Origin: Microcoleus sp.
Lineage (GTDB): Bacteria > Cyanobacteriota > Cyanobacteriia > Cyanobacteriales > Microcoleaceae
Reading direction: 5' to 3'
Assembly (NCBI GenBank): GCA_042408215.1
Contig: JAYFMW010000017.1
Span: forward strand, 704,001 to 768,000
Length of the DNA: 64,000 nucleotides
Of this stretch, positions 24,401-37,125 are shown piece by piece. A model generated the notes under the pieces. The model did not search any database. It worked only from the letters and a program-made list of their open reading frames with translations, and was not told the DNA's origin. The stretch's first letter is position 1, and each line of letters opens with the position of its first letter. The position numbers and the translations under genes were made by a program.

Positions 24401-26880
24401 ATCCTCTCTCCGCCGTTGCCTATGTATATTTGGGATTACTACTTTGTGGAATATTCGGAGATATTGAGAGAGGCTATCAATTTGGTCAACTGGCATTAAA
24501 GCTTTTGGATCGCTTTCAGGCTCAAGAACATCTGGCTAAAGTTCTGGTGGTTTTTAATGGGACCATTAGAATTTGGAAAGAACCTATTAACTCATCAGTG
24601 CAGCATTTTCAGACGGCTTATCAAAGTGGCTTAGAAGTCGGAGATTTTGAGTATGCAGCCAATTGTTGTTACCTAACGGCTTTACATTCTATTTTTAGTG
24701 GGAAAAACCTCGAAGAGTTAGAACCGAAAATTGCGGCTTATAATGAGTCATTAGTTAAACTTAAGCAACAAACCCATCTCTATTATGGTAAAATTTACCA
24801 TCAGTCAATATTAAATTTACTAGATCGAACGGAAAAGCCCTATCTTTTAATGGGTGAAGTCTATAACGGCGAGGTCATGCTTCCTGTTCATATCGAAGCC
24901 AACGATCGCTACGCGGTTTTTTGTGTTTCCGTTAATCAATTACATCTATCCTATCTTTTTCAAGAGTACGATTTGGCTTTACAAAATGCCGTAATAGCCG
25001 AAAAATATTTAGATGGAGCAACCTCAACATTACTCTTTCATATTTTCTATTTTTACGATTCTTTAACTCGTTTAGCACTTTATCCTTCGGCTCAGATTCA
25101 AGAGCAACAAAATATCTTAGAAAAAGTGGCAGAGAATCAGGATAAAATGAAAAATTGGGCGAACTATGCTCCCATGAATTATTTGCATAAATATTATCTA
25201 GTTGCCGCAGAAAAATTTAGATTTACCGGGGATAAGTATGAAGCCATAGATAATTACGATCGCGCCATTGCATTAGCCAAAGAACAGGGTTTCATTAACG
25301 ATGAAGCTCTAGCCAATGAGCTAGTGGCAAAATTTTATCTAGCTCAAGGAAAAGAAAAATTTGCTCTAGTTCATCTCCAAGAAGCCTACTATTGCTATAG
25401 TCGCTGGGGAGCAACAGCAAAAGTTAAAGATTTAGAAAAAAGATACCCGCAATTAGTAGCTAAATCATCAGGAATAACTAAAATAACAACCGCACCGGGG
25501 AAAACCACAAGATCTACAACAAACAAAAGTTCTGGAAAATTGCTAGATTTAGCAACCGTCATCAAAGCATCTCAAACGATTGGTAGCGAAATTCTCATCG
25601 AACAATTACTGCAAAAATTGATGAAAATTATCATCGAAAATGCGGGAGCGCAAAGAGGGTTCTTGCTTTTGGAAGACAAAGGTAAACTGTTTGTAGAAGC
25701 TGAAGGATCCGTAGATTATGAACAAGTGACTGTTTTGCAGTCAATCCCGATGGAGAACTGCTTACCCTTATCAATTATCAATTATGTCGCCCGCACTTAT
25801 GAAAGTGTTGTCTTAAATAATGCCACAGTTGAGGGCAATTTTATTAACGATCGCTACATTCAACAACATCAGCCCAAGTCGATTATCTGTGTCCCTCTAA
25901 TTAATCAAGGCCAACTAATTAGCCTTTTATACTTAGAAAATAATCTGACCACAGGAGCCTTTACTCCTGAGCGATTAGAAATCCTAAAAATTCTTTCTTC
26001 CCAAGCAGCTATTTCCATTGAAAATGCCCGACTCTATCAAAATTTAGAAGATAAAGTCGAAGAACGCACGGCTCAACTAGCTGAAGCTAATCAAGAAATT
26101 AGCACTCTCAATGAACTCCTCAAAAAAGACAATCTGCGAATGGGTGCGGAACTCGATATTGTCAAACAATTGCAACAAATGGTGTTACCTAAACAGTCGG
26201 AATTAGAGGCGATTGAAGGATTAGAAATTGCGGGTTATATGGAGCCTGCTGATGAAGTTGGTGGCGATTACTACGATGTATTGCAACAGGATGGAAGAGT
26301 TAAAATTAGCATAGGGGATGTCACTGGACATGGTTTAGAAAGCGGCGTGTTGATGATTATGGCACAAACGGCTGTCAGGACGCTTCAGAAAATGAACGAA
26401 ACCGATCCCGTGAAGTTTTTGGATGTCCTCAACCAGACTCTTTATGACAATCTCCAGCGCATGGACTCCCCTAAAAATATGTCTCTAGCTATCTTAGATT
26501 ATGCCGGAGGTGTCCTCAAGTTAAGCGGACAACATGAGGAAATGATTGTGGTGCGCGCTGATGGAAAATTGGAGTGCATAGATACGATGGATTTAGGCTT
26601 TCCCATTGGCTTAGTAGAAGAGATTGGCGACTTTATTGCTCAAGAAGAAGTGCTGTTAAATCCTGGGGATGTGGTGGTGCTTTATACTGATGGAATTCCT
26701 GAAGCTTTTGATATTAATAAGGCGCAGTACGGATTAAAAAGGTTGTGGCAAGTGGTGGTTGACAATCATCTGCGATCGGTCCAAGAAATTCGGGAAGCTG
26801 TGATTGATGATGTGCGCCAGTATATTGGTGTTCAGAGGGTTTTTGATGATATTACTTTGGTGGTGATGAAGCAGAAATAG
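21475..26880 (+). CDS. Ser/Thr kinase - AAA ATPase - GAF - SpoIIE/PP2C phosphatase multidomain protein
   Basis: HKDINPAN, DFG, GYSGIGKS, FLDDLQW, GAF (LYLENNL), EVGGDYYD, GDVTGHG, YTDGIPE and DDITL. Confidence 0.93.
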   Translation: MIEINGYQTIAQIYESNNSIVYRGIRQQDNLPIILKMLKQDYPTPAQLTHYRQEYEITRNLNLEGVIKAYSLEEYQRTLVIILEDFGGNSLKRLTNNSEQKQAITSFNKFLDIAIQATEILAQIHAANVIHKDINPANLVFNPETKQLKIIDFGISTQLTRENPTVKNPNVLEGTLAYISPEQTGRMNRSLDYRTDFYSLGVTYYELLTGKLPFETTDALELVHCHIAKVPVAPHQINPEIPKAVSDIVMKLMAKTAEQRYQSAFGIRNDLTECLQQLQTTGNISNFPLGTQDISEHFQIPQKIYGREAEIETLITAFERVANPPESPLAKGGLGGVEMMLVAGYSGIGKSALVQELYQPITKARGYFISGKFDHFQRNIPYSAVVYAFQELVRQLLTETATQLNIWREKILTALGVNGQIIIDVIPQVELIIGKQIKVPQLGGTEAQNRFNLVLGNFIRAFCSPEHPLVIFLDDLQWADAATLKLIQLMMTDLDTKYLFLIGAYRDNEVSPTHPLMMTLEEIKKANLATSSLQNLEIEQPTFTQINQINLAPLAVEHIRQLIADTLYSNTEAVKHLAEMVVTKTRGNPFFVNELLTTLYAEGGLNFKHPQSSFISGENKGATRGFWQWDLSHIEALGITDNVVELMIGKLKKMPETTQNVLQLAACIGSEFDLNTLAVVCKKTATQVFDDLLEALQSGLIISRSELDEQLLIQDYQFRHDRIQQAAYTLIDDRQKKVIHLQIGRLLLQNTSLEAPSEKIFGIIDHLNMGRELMSDDVEREHLAQLNLLAGCKAISATAYAAAVNYLQVAIKLLAEDSWQTQYQLTLDIYSRAVEAVYLNGDLQQMEELAEVVLQHANTVLDKMKVYEIKIQSCIPQTKFLDAVNTALPVLELLGLSFPPSPTPADIQKGLEEILSNLADKQIEDLIELPEMSDPDKLAAMAIASSIFSASYIAAPRLLPLLVFKQVNLSLQYGNNPLSAVAYVYLGLLLCGIFGDIERGYQFGQLALKLLDRFQAQEHLAKVLVVFNGTIRIWKEPINSSVQHFQTAYQSGLEVGDFEYAANCCYLTALHSIFSGKNLEELEPKIAAYNESLVKLKQQTHLYYGKIYHQSILNLLDRTEKPYLLMGEVYNGEVMLPVHIEANDRYAVFCVSVNQLHLSYLFQEYDLALQNAVIAEKYLDGATSTLLFHIFYFYDSLTRLALYPSAQIQEQQNILEKVAENQDKMKNWANYAPMNYLHKYYLVAAEKFRFTGDKYEAIDNYDRAIALAKEQGFINDEALANELVAKFYLAQGKEKFALVHLQEAYYCYSRWGATAKVKDLEKRYPQLVAKSSGITKITTAPGKTTRSTTNKSSGKLLDLATVIKASQTIGSEILIEQLLQKLMKIIIENAGAQRGFLLLEDKGKLFVEAEGSVDYEQVTVLQSIPMENCLPLSIINYVARTYESVVLNNATVEGNFINDRYIQQHQPKSIICVPLINQGQLISLLYLENNLTTGAFTPERLEILKILSSQAAISIENARLYQNLEDKVEERTAQLAEANQEISTLNELLKKDNLRMGAELDIVKQLQQMVLPKQSELEAIEGLEIAGYMEPADEVGGDYYDVLQQDGRVKISIGDVTGHGLESGVLMIMAQTAVRTLQKMNETDPVKFLDVLNQTLYDNLQRMDSPKNMSLAILDYAGGVLKLSGQHEEMIVVRADGKLECIDTMDLGFPIGLVEEIGDFIAQEEVLLNPGDVVVLYTDGIPEAFDINKAQYGLKRLWQVVVDNHLRSVQEIREAVIDDVRQYIGVQRVFDDITLVVMKQK

Positions 26881-27014
26881 AGTTAAAATTAGCATTTAAA
26901 TTTAAGCTTTCTGGCGGGCAGGATGCCCACCCCACAAAAGTTTGAATAAATCAGATTGTGTACATTAGATGCGCGACAGCTTACTACATTTGACGTGTTT
27001 GTTGACACCAATGC

Positions 27015-30000
27015 TTACCAAGGATTCCCGATCATCGTGAAACTACTCCAGTAGTAAGGATGAGAAAAATTTTGGTTTTGTTGTTGTAAATTAGCTGGTA
27101 AATTTAACTGGCCCGCTGTTGTTATTAACTGCCCGTTTTCCAGCCGAACTTTACCAGAAATCATTGCTTGTTGAGCAAGTTGCAAAGCTTCTGATTTAAG
27201 GGCTGCTCCTCGCAACTGCTGGTAAAATTCAGTCATCAGTCCTAAAGTGCCTTTATCATCAACATACCACAAACTCCCTAAGGCAGATTTCGCGCCGGAT
27301 TTGACGGCTAAACCTCCAAAACCTAACTCGGATTCCCGATCGCCCAAAGCTGTTCTGCAAGCACTTAATACTAACAAATCTACCTGCGGATTACGCCAAT
27401 TTAACCTCTCTATTTGAGCTAGATTCAGCTTTTCATTCCACAGTTGAATGTAAGAATTGCTCGGTTTTCCAGGCTGGAATTCAGCGTGGGTTGCTAGGTG
27501 AATAATCCGAAATCCTCGCTGTGAGTGCTGCGAGTTGAGATTGTCTACAGTGAAGGTAGAATTGAGGAAAGATTGCCCGTGCCACTGAGAAGAGATTGTT
27601 TGTAATTCGATCGGCACACTGGGTAAAGGATCGTTGTCAACAAATTCCGATCGTCCCATTGCGAGCACTGTTGCCCCACTAACAGGTTTATAATCGGTGT
27701 TGGTCAGGCTAAAACTGGGAATGAGACTGACATTGTATTTTTCAATTAAGAAGCCTTTACCGTCGTGTAAAGCGGCAAATGGGAGGCTTCGCAGTCCTGG
27801 ATCGACTGATAGTAATAGGGTATGAATTCCTAAGTTTTCTAAGTCTTTTTCTAGGGGGGCGATCGACCATTTGTATAGTTGCTGAGCGGCTGCTAGATAA
27901 CTGGTAGTGTTGAGTTTTCTGGGATTGGTAATTTCATCGCGGAGCTCCTTGACGACGGGGAATAAAGCTGCTCTGTTGGCTTCGGTCACGCTGTAGTGAA
28001 TCGGTTGTCCTACAGGAGGAACTAAGATTATTTCTAATTGTTCGTCTCGCGAGATTAGATAGATAATACCAGACCGCTTGCCGGTTCTTTGTTCGATGGT
28101 TTGTAAAGTTTGTTGGAATTGAGAAATCAGGACGTTTTGCTCTGGGAGTTGGCCTTTTACTCCTAGATATTCTCCAAATTCTTGATTTCTAATTTGTTCG
28201 ATTCCCCAGATGGTTTTTCCGAGGTTTTTTTCCTCGAAAAGTCGATCGGGCGGCGGAGCGTATCCTAGAACTAAACTAGAAGTAGGGTTGACTGTTCGTG
28301 GTTGTTTTGATTCTGGTGAAGATGTTACAATGCTGGCGGGTAATTGACTGGTGATACTTCGATCGATGGTTAAAACTCGATCGCCAATAATATCGGGATT
28401 GGCTAGCGGTGGAATTTTGGGGAGTTGAAAGTCTTCTGAATCGGGGGTTTTTGGTTGCGGTGCGGGTGTGGCTGCGGGTGTAGCTGCGGGTGTAGCTGCG
28501 GGTGCGGGTGTCACGGGTGCGATCGCAGTTGATTCTGATACTAATTGTAGTGGCTGCGTTGCGATCGAAGTCGGAGTTACAACCGGAGTCGGAGTTACAA
28601 CCGGAGTCGGAGTTACAACCGGAGTCGGAGTTACAACCGGAGTTGGAGTTGTACTCGGAGTTGGAGTTACAACCGGAGTTGGAGTTGTACTCGGAGTTGG
28701 AGTTACAACCGGAGTCGGAGTTACAACCGGAGTTGTACTCGGAGTTGGAGTTACAACCGGAGTCGGAGTTACAACCGGAGTTGTACTCGGAGTTGGAGTT
28801 TCCACCGGAGTCGCACTTACAACCGGAGTTGTACTCGGAGTTGGAGTTTCCACCGGAGTCGCACTTACAACCGGAGTTGTACTCGGAGTTGGAGTTTCCA
28901 CCGGAGTCGCACTTACAACCGGAGTTGTACTCGGAGTTGGAGTTTCCACCGGAGTTGGAGTTGTACTCGGAGTTGGAGTTTCCACCGGAGTTGGAGTTGT
29001 ACTCGGAGTTGGAGTTTCCACCGGAGTTGGAGTTACACTCGGAGTTGGAGTTGTACTCGGAGTTGGAGTTTCCACCGGAGTTGGAGTTTCCACCGGAGTT
29101 GGAGTTTCCACCGGAGTTGGAGTTTCCACCGGAGTTGGAGTTACACTCGGAGTTGGAGTTGTACTCGGAGTTGGAGTTGTACTCGGAGTTGGAGTTACAC
29201 TCGGAGTTGGAATTGTACTCGGAGTTGGGGTTGGAGTTGGAGTTGGAGTTACACTCGGAGTTGGGGTTGGAGTTGGAGTTGAAATTGTACTCGGAGTTGG
29301 GGTTGGAGTTGGAGTTGGAGTTACACTCGGAGTTGGGGTTGGAGTTGGAGTTGGAGTTACACTCGGAGTCGGAGTTACACTCGGAGTCGGAGTTACATTC
29401 GGAGTTGGAGTTACACTCGGAGTCGGAGTTGGCGTTGGAGTTGGCGTTGCGTTATCAGTCGCGATCGCAATATTACCCACATTATCAGCACCTGGAAACG
29501 ACTGCGATTGAATCGTAGATTGTCCAGTTGTAATTTTAGCAGCCGTGCCATTGATAGTAGTATCCCCCACCACAAAGGGTTGAATCGGCGGCCCACCATC
29601 GCCTCCAGCGTGTCTAATTGTGATATTTCCACCACCGGTGCCACCAGCAGTAGAAATGCTAGCAAATCCTGTGGGCGAAAGTAGGGTTGGGAAAGAATCT
29701 GTAGCGCGGAAAAATCCCCCTGTAGATGAAATAGAAACATCGCCACCGGTGTCGCTAATGCCGCCTTGAGCATTGATGAAACCGACTTGAATATCGCCGA
29801 TCGGATCTAATGAAACATTACCACCATTTCCGACTGTAGCACTAGAATTGATTTGTCCCGCCGTAATTGAATTTTGAGCTACAACGGTGATGTTACCGCC
29901 AATATTTCCCGATGTGGTTAAATTTTTGACATTCACTGTGCCCGCTGGGCTCAAAAGTGCGATCGCCCCGCCATTTCCCGAATTAGAAGCAGTAACATCT

Positions 30001-33000
30001 CCCAAAAGATTGATATTTCCGGTACTATTTACTTCCAAGTTTTGGGCGTTAATTGTCGAGTTGGCTGTCACCTGGCCAGCATTTGCGATCGCCAGATTTC
30101 CTAGCTGTCTGGTAGCGCCGACTGGTGCGCCGAAAGTAACGCTGCCACTACCTACTGCCAGATTTAGATCGAAACTGCCATTAATACTGTCGATCGCCCC
30201 TCCAAAGGCAATATTTCCCCCTCCAGAACTCAATCTCGCATTTTGGCTTAACCCCAAACCACCGTTAATCGTCATCTCCCCGTTATTCGTGGTAACATTA
30301 CCACCTAAATTAGTATTTGAGGCGGTAACATTCAAACCAGACAGTGCTGTAGTTTGTCCGATATTTCCTTGTAGCACCACATTACCTTTACCAGCATCAA
30401 TATTTAAGCGCCGATCGCCGTCGATCGCACCTGTTACACTAACATTACCACCACTGCTGGCGATCGCAACATCATTGCCGATGGTGACATTGCCGTTAAT
30501 AGCGATATTATTGGTTGTAGTGATACCACCGTTCAAACTCAACGTGGGAGCATTGAGAGTAATGCTGCTGTTGTCATTTCCGGTAATATTGCCGCTAAGG
30601 GCGATCGAACCAGTTTTCGTTTGAATATTTACCGGATCGGAAAAACTGAGATTATTAGGAATAGTAATATTGCTACTGCTATCCGATCGCCCAATAGTAA
30701 TCGAACTAAATCCGTTTTGAATTTGATTAATTTCCGATGCTGTCAAATCCAAAGCCGCAGTATTATTGTCATTCCCACCAACAACAATATTTTGTCCTGC
30801 TGTTGCTGGTTGAAGCCTTAGCGCATTAGTACCAGAAACTTGCCCAGAAAAATCAATTTCGCCTGCGGTGAGATTCAGGGGATTATTTCCTGCGGATAAA
30901 GTTGAACCGAAAGCAATCTTTGCATTTCCCAGTCCAAAACTCACAGGATAATTGAATGTCACCGGGCCGCTAAAACTAATATTATCATTAGTCGTATTGA
31001 TATTTCCATTCAGCGCCACACTCCCCGCGCCTTTTTGAATAAAAGCACCGTCTAAATTGAGATTGTTTGCATTAAGATTTCCAGTATTGCTAAGAGTTAG
31101 CGTACCGTAATTGCTGGTAGTTAAACTCTGTTGTAAATTAATATTATCACCGGAAATACCGACATTTCCAGCTACGTTAACCGCTGAATTAGCATTGATA
31201 TTTTTGCCACTAATCTGCAACCCGCTTAAAGAACTAGAATTGCCTACAGCACCGGTGAATGTAACATTACCACTCCCAGCATTCAGAGTCAAATTGCTAT
31301 TCCCGTTCACTGTATCATTAAAAGTAATACTGCTACCCGCAAGAGTTGGATTGTTAGCAATTGTCACCGCATCTCCGTAAGTCTGACTAGCAGTTGTAGT
31401 GACATTTCCATTCAGTTGAGTTGTACCGCCAGCATTCGTCGTAAAACTGTTAGCGGTAATCGCGTTTAATGTAGTTGTACTAGAAGTATTGACGGTGAGA
31501 TTTCCTAATGCGGTGGTTGTACCAACTGCACCGGTGAATGCAACATTACCACTCCCAGCATTCAGAGTCAAATTGCTATTCCCATTAACTGTATCATTAA
31601 AAGTAATCCCGTTCCCTGCAAGAGTGAGATTATTGGCAATTGTCACCGCATCTCCATAAGTCTGAGTAGCCGTTGTAGTGACATTTCCATTCAGTTGAGT
31701 TGTACCGCCAGCATTCGTCGTAAAACTGTTAGCCGTAATCGCGTTTAATGTAGTTGTACCAGAAGTATTGACGGTGAGATTTCCTAATGCGGTGGTTTCG
31801 CCGATCGCACCGGTGAATGTAACATTACCACTCCCAGCATTCAGAGTCAAATTGCTATTCCCATTCACTGTATCATTAAAAGTAATCCCGTTCCCTGCAA
31901 GAGTGAGATTATTGGCAATTGTCACCGCATCTCCGTAAGTCTGAGTACCCGTTGTAGTGACATTTCCATTCAGTTGAGTTGTACCGCCAGCATGGGTGGT
32001 TAAACTGTTAGCCGTAATCGCGTTTAATGTAGTTGTACCAGAAGTATTGACGGTGAGATTTCCTAATGCGGTGGTTTCGCCGATCGCACCTATCACATCA
32101 ATCTTTCCAGTCCCTGTTTCTAAGGTGAGATTGCCGCCGCCGTTAATGTTATTCTTAAACAGAATATTGCCGCCTGCTAAATTACCAGTTCCCACTAAGA
32201 CGTTATTGCCAACTAGGGCATTGCCGTTAATTGTGATATCTTGAGATTGGGTGGTAATATTTCCATTCAGGTTATTAGTGGTAGCATTGAGAGTAATTGA
32301 AGCATTATCAGTTCCCGAAATCGATTGATTGGGATTGACTAAAATAGTGCCTTGAGTATTGAAACTCACAGGATCTTGAAAAGATATCGGCAAATTGTCT
32401 ACAGTGATATTTCCTGTAGTAGTGTTCCCTCCGAAAACAATCTTACTAAAGCCATTACGCAATGAGGATAAAAACGGTGTTCCTAAATCGATCGCCTGCG
32501 GATCGTCAGCAAGTCCAGTCTGGAAGCGAATTCCGACATTCGGCGAAAAGGAATCAATTGACAAAGTGCCTTTACTCTGCGCGAAACCCGCTGCTGAAAA
32601 GCCAATCTGATTGCCGCTAATGCTAATATTTCCAGTATCGACCAATCCATTAGCATCAATGCCATTTATCCCAACTTGATTGGGAGTTGCGATCGCGATA
32701 TCTCCAGCATTACCAGAACTAGAACTAGAGTTCCAAATTGCTCCTGTGGTTGCCAGAATGTCGCCAGTTTTGCCAGTGAGGGTGATGTTTCCACTATTGC
32801 CCGCAGTGGAACTAGAATTAAGATTACCAGCGTTAATATTGTTGGCAGTGAGTGTAATCTGGCCTCCATTTCCGGTAGTAGAACTTGTATCGATCGCCCC
32901 TGTGGAACTCGTCGTAATTGTACCATTAGTGCTGGTAAGGGCGATCGCCCTTCCGGGATTTGTTGTATCGCCTGTAGTAAGATCGCCTGTAGTGGTAATC

Positions 33001-36000
33001 GCGATCGCACTTGGACTGGTAACATTGAGAGAATTGGCTATTTTCAGGGAACCCAAAGGCACTGTCCCCCCCATAGCCCCGTTGATATTAATCACGCCTG
33101 TTCCCGTAGTCAAAACTAGATTGTTACCACCGTCAACTGTTCCCCCAAAATTAATATCGCCTGCATTCGTCAACCCAGTATCGAGAGTGACATTAGAACC
33201 CGTAGCCAGAGAGACTTTGCCACTAAAGATAATATTCTGTTCGTTGGTGATAATATTGGCATTATTTAAGAAGTTAGTGGTTGGAGCATTAAAGGTAATT
33301 GAAGCGTTGTTTAAACCTGTAATGTTTCCATTGACTGCAATGGTGGGAGCTTGTATGGTAACGGGGAAATTAAAAGTAACACCAGCAGAGTCAATTGCGA
33401 TCGCACCAGTGCCATTTGTGCGCCCGATAATCATTTGGGAAAACCCGCTTAACGTGTTGAGTTCCACCTGGGCCAGATTCAAACGAGCGTCATTATTAAT
33501 ATTAGTACCGCCCACAGTAATATCTAAACTGGGAGTAAATGGCTGCAACTGGATAGTCCCAATACCTTTGACTTGACTTGTTCCTGATAGTTGAATTTCA
33601 TCGCCAGTCAAAGTGACATTGCCGCCTAAATTCGCATCAATCGTACCGCCGGCGAGGTTCACCGGAATGGAATTGTTGCGAGCAACTCCCGTGAGACTAA
33701 TATTACCAGTTCCCGTAGCTTGCACCGTTGCCAATGGGGCAGCGGGGAATGTAATGCCGTAACTGCTAGTTGATGTCCCTACACCGATACCTGTTAAAAT
33801 AATATCTCCATTCTGCGATCGTACCGTGCCTGAGTTAAACCAGATCCCGGAATTAGTCCCCGTCCCTGCACCGCCCGTTCCCGTCAACGTCACCTTTCCC
33901 ACGCCTGCGGTTTGGATTGTTGCATCACTATCTATATATATACCCTCGTTGATACCCCCACTCCCCCCACCAGTACCAGTCAAACTGACATTTCCAGAAA
34001 CCGCACTCACTGTGACCCCCGAAACTATTATCCCTTGATTGCCATCATTCCCATTGCCACCAACACCGCTGAGAGTCACATTCCCGGTGCCCGTGGATTC
34101 CACCACCCCTGACACCAAAATGCCCGTGTTGTTACCCACGCTGCCTTTACCTGTTCCTGTCAGGGTGATATCTCCATTCTGCGATCGAACTATGCTGGCA
34201 TTATCGACAAATATGCCTATATTGCTATCAGTGCCATTCACACCAGTTCCAGTCATACTAATACTACCTGTTCCCGTGGATTCCACCACACCACTCGATA
34301 ACAGATAAATCCCTTCTCCAGTCCCGTTCCCGCTACCAGTCAAAGTGATATCGCCATTTACTGAACTTATCCTAGGCCCACGCAAAACTATTCCCGAACT
34401 AATAGGACTGCTACCGCGAGTTCCATTGAGAGTAATATTCCCGCTTCCAGTAGTTTTTAATGTGCTAGCACCATCCATAGAAATACCCGTGTTGCTTGCC
34501 GTATTTCCTGCAATACCGTTCAGGCTAATGTTCCCACCTCCGGCATTAATTGTACTTCCCAGGATCTCGATTCCATTCCCCAAAACAGCATTCCCCTGAC
34601 CATTCCCCAGGAAATTGCCCCCGTTTGTATTAATCGTCGAACTCAGGATATTTAGAACACCACCATTGCGATCGCTATCAGCATTCAGAGTAATATTTCC
34701 TCCCTGACTTGTGATAATATTATTAATAATAATATTATTATTAGCAGTCAGAGTCAGGGAATTATTAGTAGTCCAAGAAACCGGAGCGCTGACTGTAATA
34801 TCGCCTTGACCCAGAAAAGCAGACGCAGTAGAAATAGTCACATTTCCCAAACCTAGCTGTGTTTGCAGCGTCCCATTATTGATTGTAGAAGTAGCCGCAA
34901 AGGGAGTAAATACTCCCCCTAATGTACCGCCACCTGCATTCGTACCTGTGCTAATAGTGATATCAGTAGGATCTAACAATAAGGTTCCAGCAATCCCAAA
35001 GGTCGATCGCAAATCAACTAATCCTTGAAAATCCAGCGATTGCTTTCCCGACACTTCCACAAAGCCGCCATTCCCCGACACCAAGCCACCTCTGGCTGTA
35101 ATATTCCCATTAAAACGAGTAGTATCATCAGCCCAAACTATGACTCGCCCGCCATTCCCGTTACCCACAGCATCAGCATTAATCGTCGAATCGCTACTCA
35201 CAAAAGTCCGCGCAGCATTGGGCACAATCCCCAAACCCTGCCGATCTCCGCCAATCAGTACAGTACCGCCACCGTTGATACCAGAAGCATTGATATTGCC
35301 AGTAATAATACTTACTTTGTCGCCTAATATATTTACAGTACCGCCAGTGTTACCAGAGACATTGATCTTACCAGAGGCGATCGCAGTTCCCGCAATTACC
35401 GGCACAGCAATATTACCCGTCAACACCACTTCACCATTAGGATTTACCACCAAACCCGTAGCCTCTTCCACACCTTTTCCAGTCAACAACTGCGGCAAAG
35501 ATAACACCGACTGCGTCAAATTATTCGGCAACGAACCTTGGTTAGCTGTCGGCTGAACCTCCAAACTCAGCAAATTCCCTGTTTGAGATATCCGCACCAA
35601 ATTTTTACCTGGTACTGCCATCATGGTAATATTGCCACTAGGCGCATTTAACTGGCCAATATTAACAACATTACCGCCAATCAAACTCAAACTTTTACCA
35701 GAAACAACCGTCAAATTCCCTGCATTAACAATGCTTCCAGGCTGCCAATTAGTCAAAGCAAAACTATTGGGATTTCCCATTAAACTTGCCCAATTATTAT
35801 TGCCGATCGCACTCAACCACTGATTCCCCCCAAAACCCAGCCCTGTCGCCGTAGTAGCACTAAAAGAACCAGGCACATTCAAGCTAGCACCAGGCCCAAA
35901 AATTATGCCCGACGGATTCATTAAAAATAAATTGGAATTGCCGCCAGTAACTTGAATCAATCCATTGATTAACGAAGGATTCCCACCATTAATCCGTCCC

Positions 36001-36266
36001 AGAATATTTTGAATATTAGGATTAGTCAAAAAATTAGCAATTTGACCTTCCCTGAGATTGAACTGAGTAAAACTTTGAAAAAGATTAGCCTTGTCTCCGC
36101 TGAAAGCTCCCCCAGAAATATCGTAGCGATTACCGTTGGGAGTAACGAGTGTATTCGTACCATCCGGTGCTGGGCTGATGGGTTGCGCGTTGGCGGGGGA
36201 AGTCGCGACACTCAACCAGCTAACTATGAATAGCCATCCAATCCAAGATAGTTTACGATCTATCAT
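27015..36266 (-). CDS. Filamentous haemagglutinin (TPS)-domain exoprotein with C-terminal CHAT domain, 3083 aa
   Basis: [26 protein letters not shown], beta-helix repeats; CHAT motifs [18 protein letters not shown] and HPYYWSSF. Confidence 0.93.
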   Translation of the reverse strand: MIDRKLSWIGWLFIVSWLSVATSPANAQPISPAPDGTNTLVTPNGNRYDISGGAFSGDKANLFQSFTQFNLREGQIANFLTNPNIQNILGRINGGNPSLINGLIQVTGGNSNLFLMNPSGIIFGPGASLNVPGSFSATTATGLGFGGNQWLSAIGNNNWASLMGNPNSFALTNWQPGSIVNAGNLTVVSGKSLSLIGGNVVNIGQLNAPSGNITMMAVPGKNLVRISQTGNLLSLEVQPTANQGSLPNNLTQSVLSLPQLLTGKGVEEATGLVVNPNGEVVLTGNIAVPVIAGTAIASGKINVSGNTGGTVNILGDKVSIITGNINASGINGGGTVLIGGDRQGLGIVPNAARTFVSSDSTINADAVGNGNGGRVIVWADDTTRFNGNITARGGLVSGNGGFVEVSGKQSLDFQGLVDLRSTFGIAGTLLLDPTDITISTGTNAGGGTLGGVFTPFAATSTINNGTLQTQLGLGNVTISTASAFLGQGDITVSAPVSWTTNNSLTLTANNNIIINNIITSQGGNITLNADSDRNGGVLNILSSTINTNGGNFLGNGQGNAVLGNGIEILGSTINAGGGNISLNGIAGNTASNTGISMDGASTLKTTGSGNITLNGTRGSSPISSGIVLRGPRISSVNGDITLTGSGNGTGEGIYLLSSGVVESTGTGSISMTGTGVNGTDSNIGIFVDNASIVRSQNGDITLTGTGKGSVGNNTGILVSGVVESTGTGNVTLSGVGGNGNDGNQGIIVSGVTVSAVSGNVSLTGTGGGSGGINEGIYIDSDATIQTAGVGKVTLTGTGGAGTGTNSGIWFNSGTVRSQNGDIILTGIGVGTSTSSYGITFPAAPLATVQATGTGNISLTGVARNNSIPVNLAGGTIDANLGGNVTLTGDEIQLSGTSQVKGIGTIQLQPFTPSLDITVGGTNINNDARLNLAQVELNTLSGFSQMIIGRTNGTGAIAIDSAGVTFNFPVTIQAPTIAVNGNITGLNNASITFNAPTTNFLNNANIITNEQNIIFSGKVSLATGSNVTLDTGLTNAGDINFGGTVDGGNNLVLTTGTGVININGAMGGTVPLGSLKIANSLNVTSPSAIAITTTGDLTTGDTTNPGRAIALTSTNGTITTSSTGAIDTSSTTGNGGQITLTANNINAGNLNSSSTAGNSGNITLTGKTGDILATTGAIWNSSSSSGNAGDIAIATPNQVGINGIDANGLVDTGNISISGNQIGFSAAGFAQSKGTLSIDSFSPNVGIRFQTGLADDPQAIDLGTPFLSSLRNGFSKIVFGGNTTTGNITVDNLPISFQDPVSFNTQGTILVNPNQSISGTDNASITLNATTNNLNGNITTQSQDITINGNALVGNNVLVGTGNLAGGNILFKNNINGGGNLTLETGTGKIDVIGAIGETTALGNLTVNTSGTTTLNAITANSLTTHAGGTTQLNGNVTTTGTQTYGDAVTIANNLTLAGNGITFNDTVNGNSNLTLNAGSGNVTFTGAIGETTALGNLTVNTSGTTTLNAITANSFTTNAGGTTQLNGNVTTTATQTYGDAVTIANNLTLAGNGITFNDTVNGNSNLTLNAGSGNVAFTGAVGTTTALGNLTVNTSSTTTLNAITANSFTTNAGGTTQLNGNVTTTASQTYGDAVTIANNPTLAGSSITFNDTVNGNSNLTLNAGSGNVTFTGAVGNSSSLSGLQISGKNINANSAVNVAGNVGISGDNINLQQSLTTSNYGTLTLSNTGNLNANNLNLDGAFIQKGAGSVALNGNINTTNDNISFSGPVTFNYPVSFGLGNAKIAFGSTLSAGNNPLNLTAGEIDFSGQVSGTNALRLQPATAGQNIVVGGNDNNTAALDLTASEINQIQNGFSSITIGRSDSSSNITIPNNLSFSDPVNIQTKTGSIALSGNITGNDNSSITLNAPTLSLNGGITTTNNIAINGNVTIGNDVAIASSGGNVSVTGAIDGDRRLNIDAGKGNVVLQGNIGQTTALSGLNVTASNTNLGGNVTTNNGEMTINGGLGLSQNARLSSGGGNIAFGGAIDSINGSFDLNLAVGSGSVTFGAPVGATRQLGNLAIANAGQVTANSTINAQNLEVNSTGNINLLGDVTASNSGNGGAIALLSPAGTVNVKNLTTSGNIGGNITVVAQNSITAGQINSSATVGNGGNVSLDPIGDIQVGFINAQGGISDTGGDVSISSTGGFFRATDSFPTLLSPTGFASISTAGGTGGGNITIRHAGGDGGPPIQPFVVGDTTINGTAAKITTGQSTIQSQSFPGADNVGNIAIATDNATPTPTPTPTPSVTPTPNVTPTPSVTPTPSVTPTPTPTPTPSVTPTPTPTPTPSTISTPTPTPTPSVTPTPTPTPTPSTIPTPSVTPTPSTTPTPSTTPTPSVTPTPVETPTPVETPTPVETPTPVETPTPSTTPTPSVTPTPVETPTPSTTPTPVETPTPSTTPTPVETPTPSTTPVVSATPVETPTPSTTPVVSATPVETPTPSTTPVVSATPVETPTPSTTPVVTPTPVVTPTPSTTPVVTPTPVVTPTPSTTPTPVVTPTPSTTPTPVVTPTPVVTPTPVVTPTPVVTPTSIATQPLQLVSESTAIAPVTPAPAATPAATPAATPAPQPKTPDSEDFQLPKIPPLANPDIIGDRVLTIDRSITSQLPASIVTSSPESKQPRTVNPTSSLVLGYAPPPDRLFEEKNLGKTIWGIEQIRNQEFGEYLGVKGQLPEQNVLISQFQQTLQTIEQRTGKRSGIIYLISRDEQLEIILVPPVGQPIHYSVTEANRAALFPVVKELRDEITNPRKLNTTSYLAAAQQLYKWSIAPLEKDLENLGIHTLLLSVDPGLRSLPFAALHDGKGFLIEKYNVSLIPSFSLTNTDYKPVSGATVLAMGRSEFVDNDPLPSVPIELQTISSQWHGQSFLNSTFTVDNLNSQHSQRGFRIIHLATHAEFQPGKPSNSYIQLWNEKLNLAQIERLNWRNPQVDLLVLSACRTALGDRESELGFGGLAVKSGAKSALGSLWYVDDKGTLGLMTEFYQQLRGAALKSEALQLAQQAMISGKVRLENGQLITTAGQLNLPANLQQQNQNFSHPYYWSSFTMIGNPW
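28467..29450 (-). repeat. Coding Pro/Thr-rich tandem repeat linker (TPTPS/VETPTP)
   Basis: GGAGTT-based 6/18-bp units over about 1 kb. Confidence 0.93.
31250..32090 (-). repeat. Three near-identical 279-bp (93-aa) intragenic repeats
   Basis: AACATTACCACTCCCAGCATTCAGAGTCAAATTGC recurs near 31263, 31542 and 31821. Confidence 0.85.
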
Positions 36267-36392
36267 TCAGTTTTTAGCTGGTTTTTATATTAAAAGATAA
36301 CTCTAATCTTGTCAAGTGTCAATAGGTATAAATTCAATTTTATTGGCCAATCCCAAAAATAAGTAAGCCTACCTAAAAAAAATAGAATACCC

Positions 36393-36427
36393 AGATACCC
36401 GCAGCACTTTAAGTGCTGCGGGTATCT
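36393..36427. repeat. Perfect 17-bp inverted repeat upstream of the FHA/CHAT gene
   Basis: AGATACCCGCAGCACTT-T-AAGTGCTGCGGGTATCT. Confidence 0.8.
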
Positions 36428-37125
36428 CACAAAAATTGCAGTTTTCCGATCGCTCAAGCACGCCATTTGTCCAGCGAATAACAGACAAATTAATCCCGCC
36501 AACTAGAGTGAGGCCAAGACATTCCCGGTACAATTCCTAAAAACAGTTGTGAACAACCTATCTCAGGCCTTGAGAGATGGGGTTAAAATAGCGCAGGTGA
36601 GTTAGGGAACATCTCCAACCCATCCTCGGCTTCACTAAATACTGAGCCACAGGACACCCGCCATATTTTTTGGTGATCTACAAAGCATTTACTGAACTCG
36701 ACTGTCGCAAACTTTATATTTTTCAGATTGTCTTTACCAAAACTTTACACAGCCTCAGTAACATCTTGTATGTATGATTGATGAAAGCTAATACTTGTAA
36801 GTATTGCAGTCAACTTGAGACCGATGCCAACAGCAATAAATGTATTATTTTAGAAATAAGACGGGCTGAAAATCTTGCTGGTACTGATTGAAAGTGTGGC
36901 AGTCTGGTATCAGTGAAAACTCGGAGAGTAATGGCAAGTCATTCACCCAAAGACACACATACCCAAGGACACACATAGCTGATACCGATTTGTCGAGCTA
37001 ATTTTCACGCCAAGGCGATCGTCCCGTTGATGAGAGCAGGATAGCGATCGCCCCCCTCTAGTCCAGCTTGCTGCAAGCATTCGCAGTCTCAACACCCAAC
37101 TATAAATACAGGAGGATTCAGGGTT

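Noticed and set aside
28468..29518. Two long + strand ORFs (GV-rich and ELE-rich)
   Set aside because: Antisense read-out of the Pro/Thr repeat linker
29887..35823. Many + strand ORFs within the FHA gene
   Set aside because: Antisense shadows caused by the biased codon content of the beta-helix
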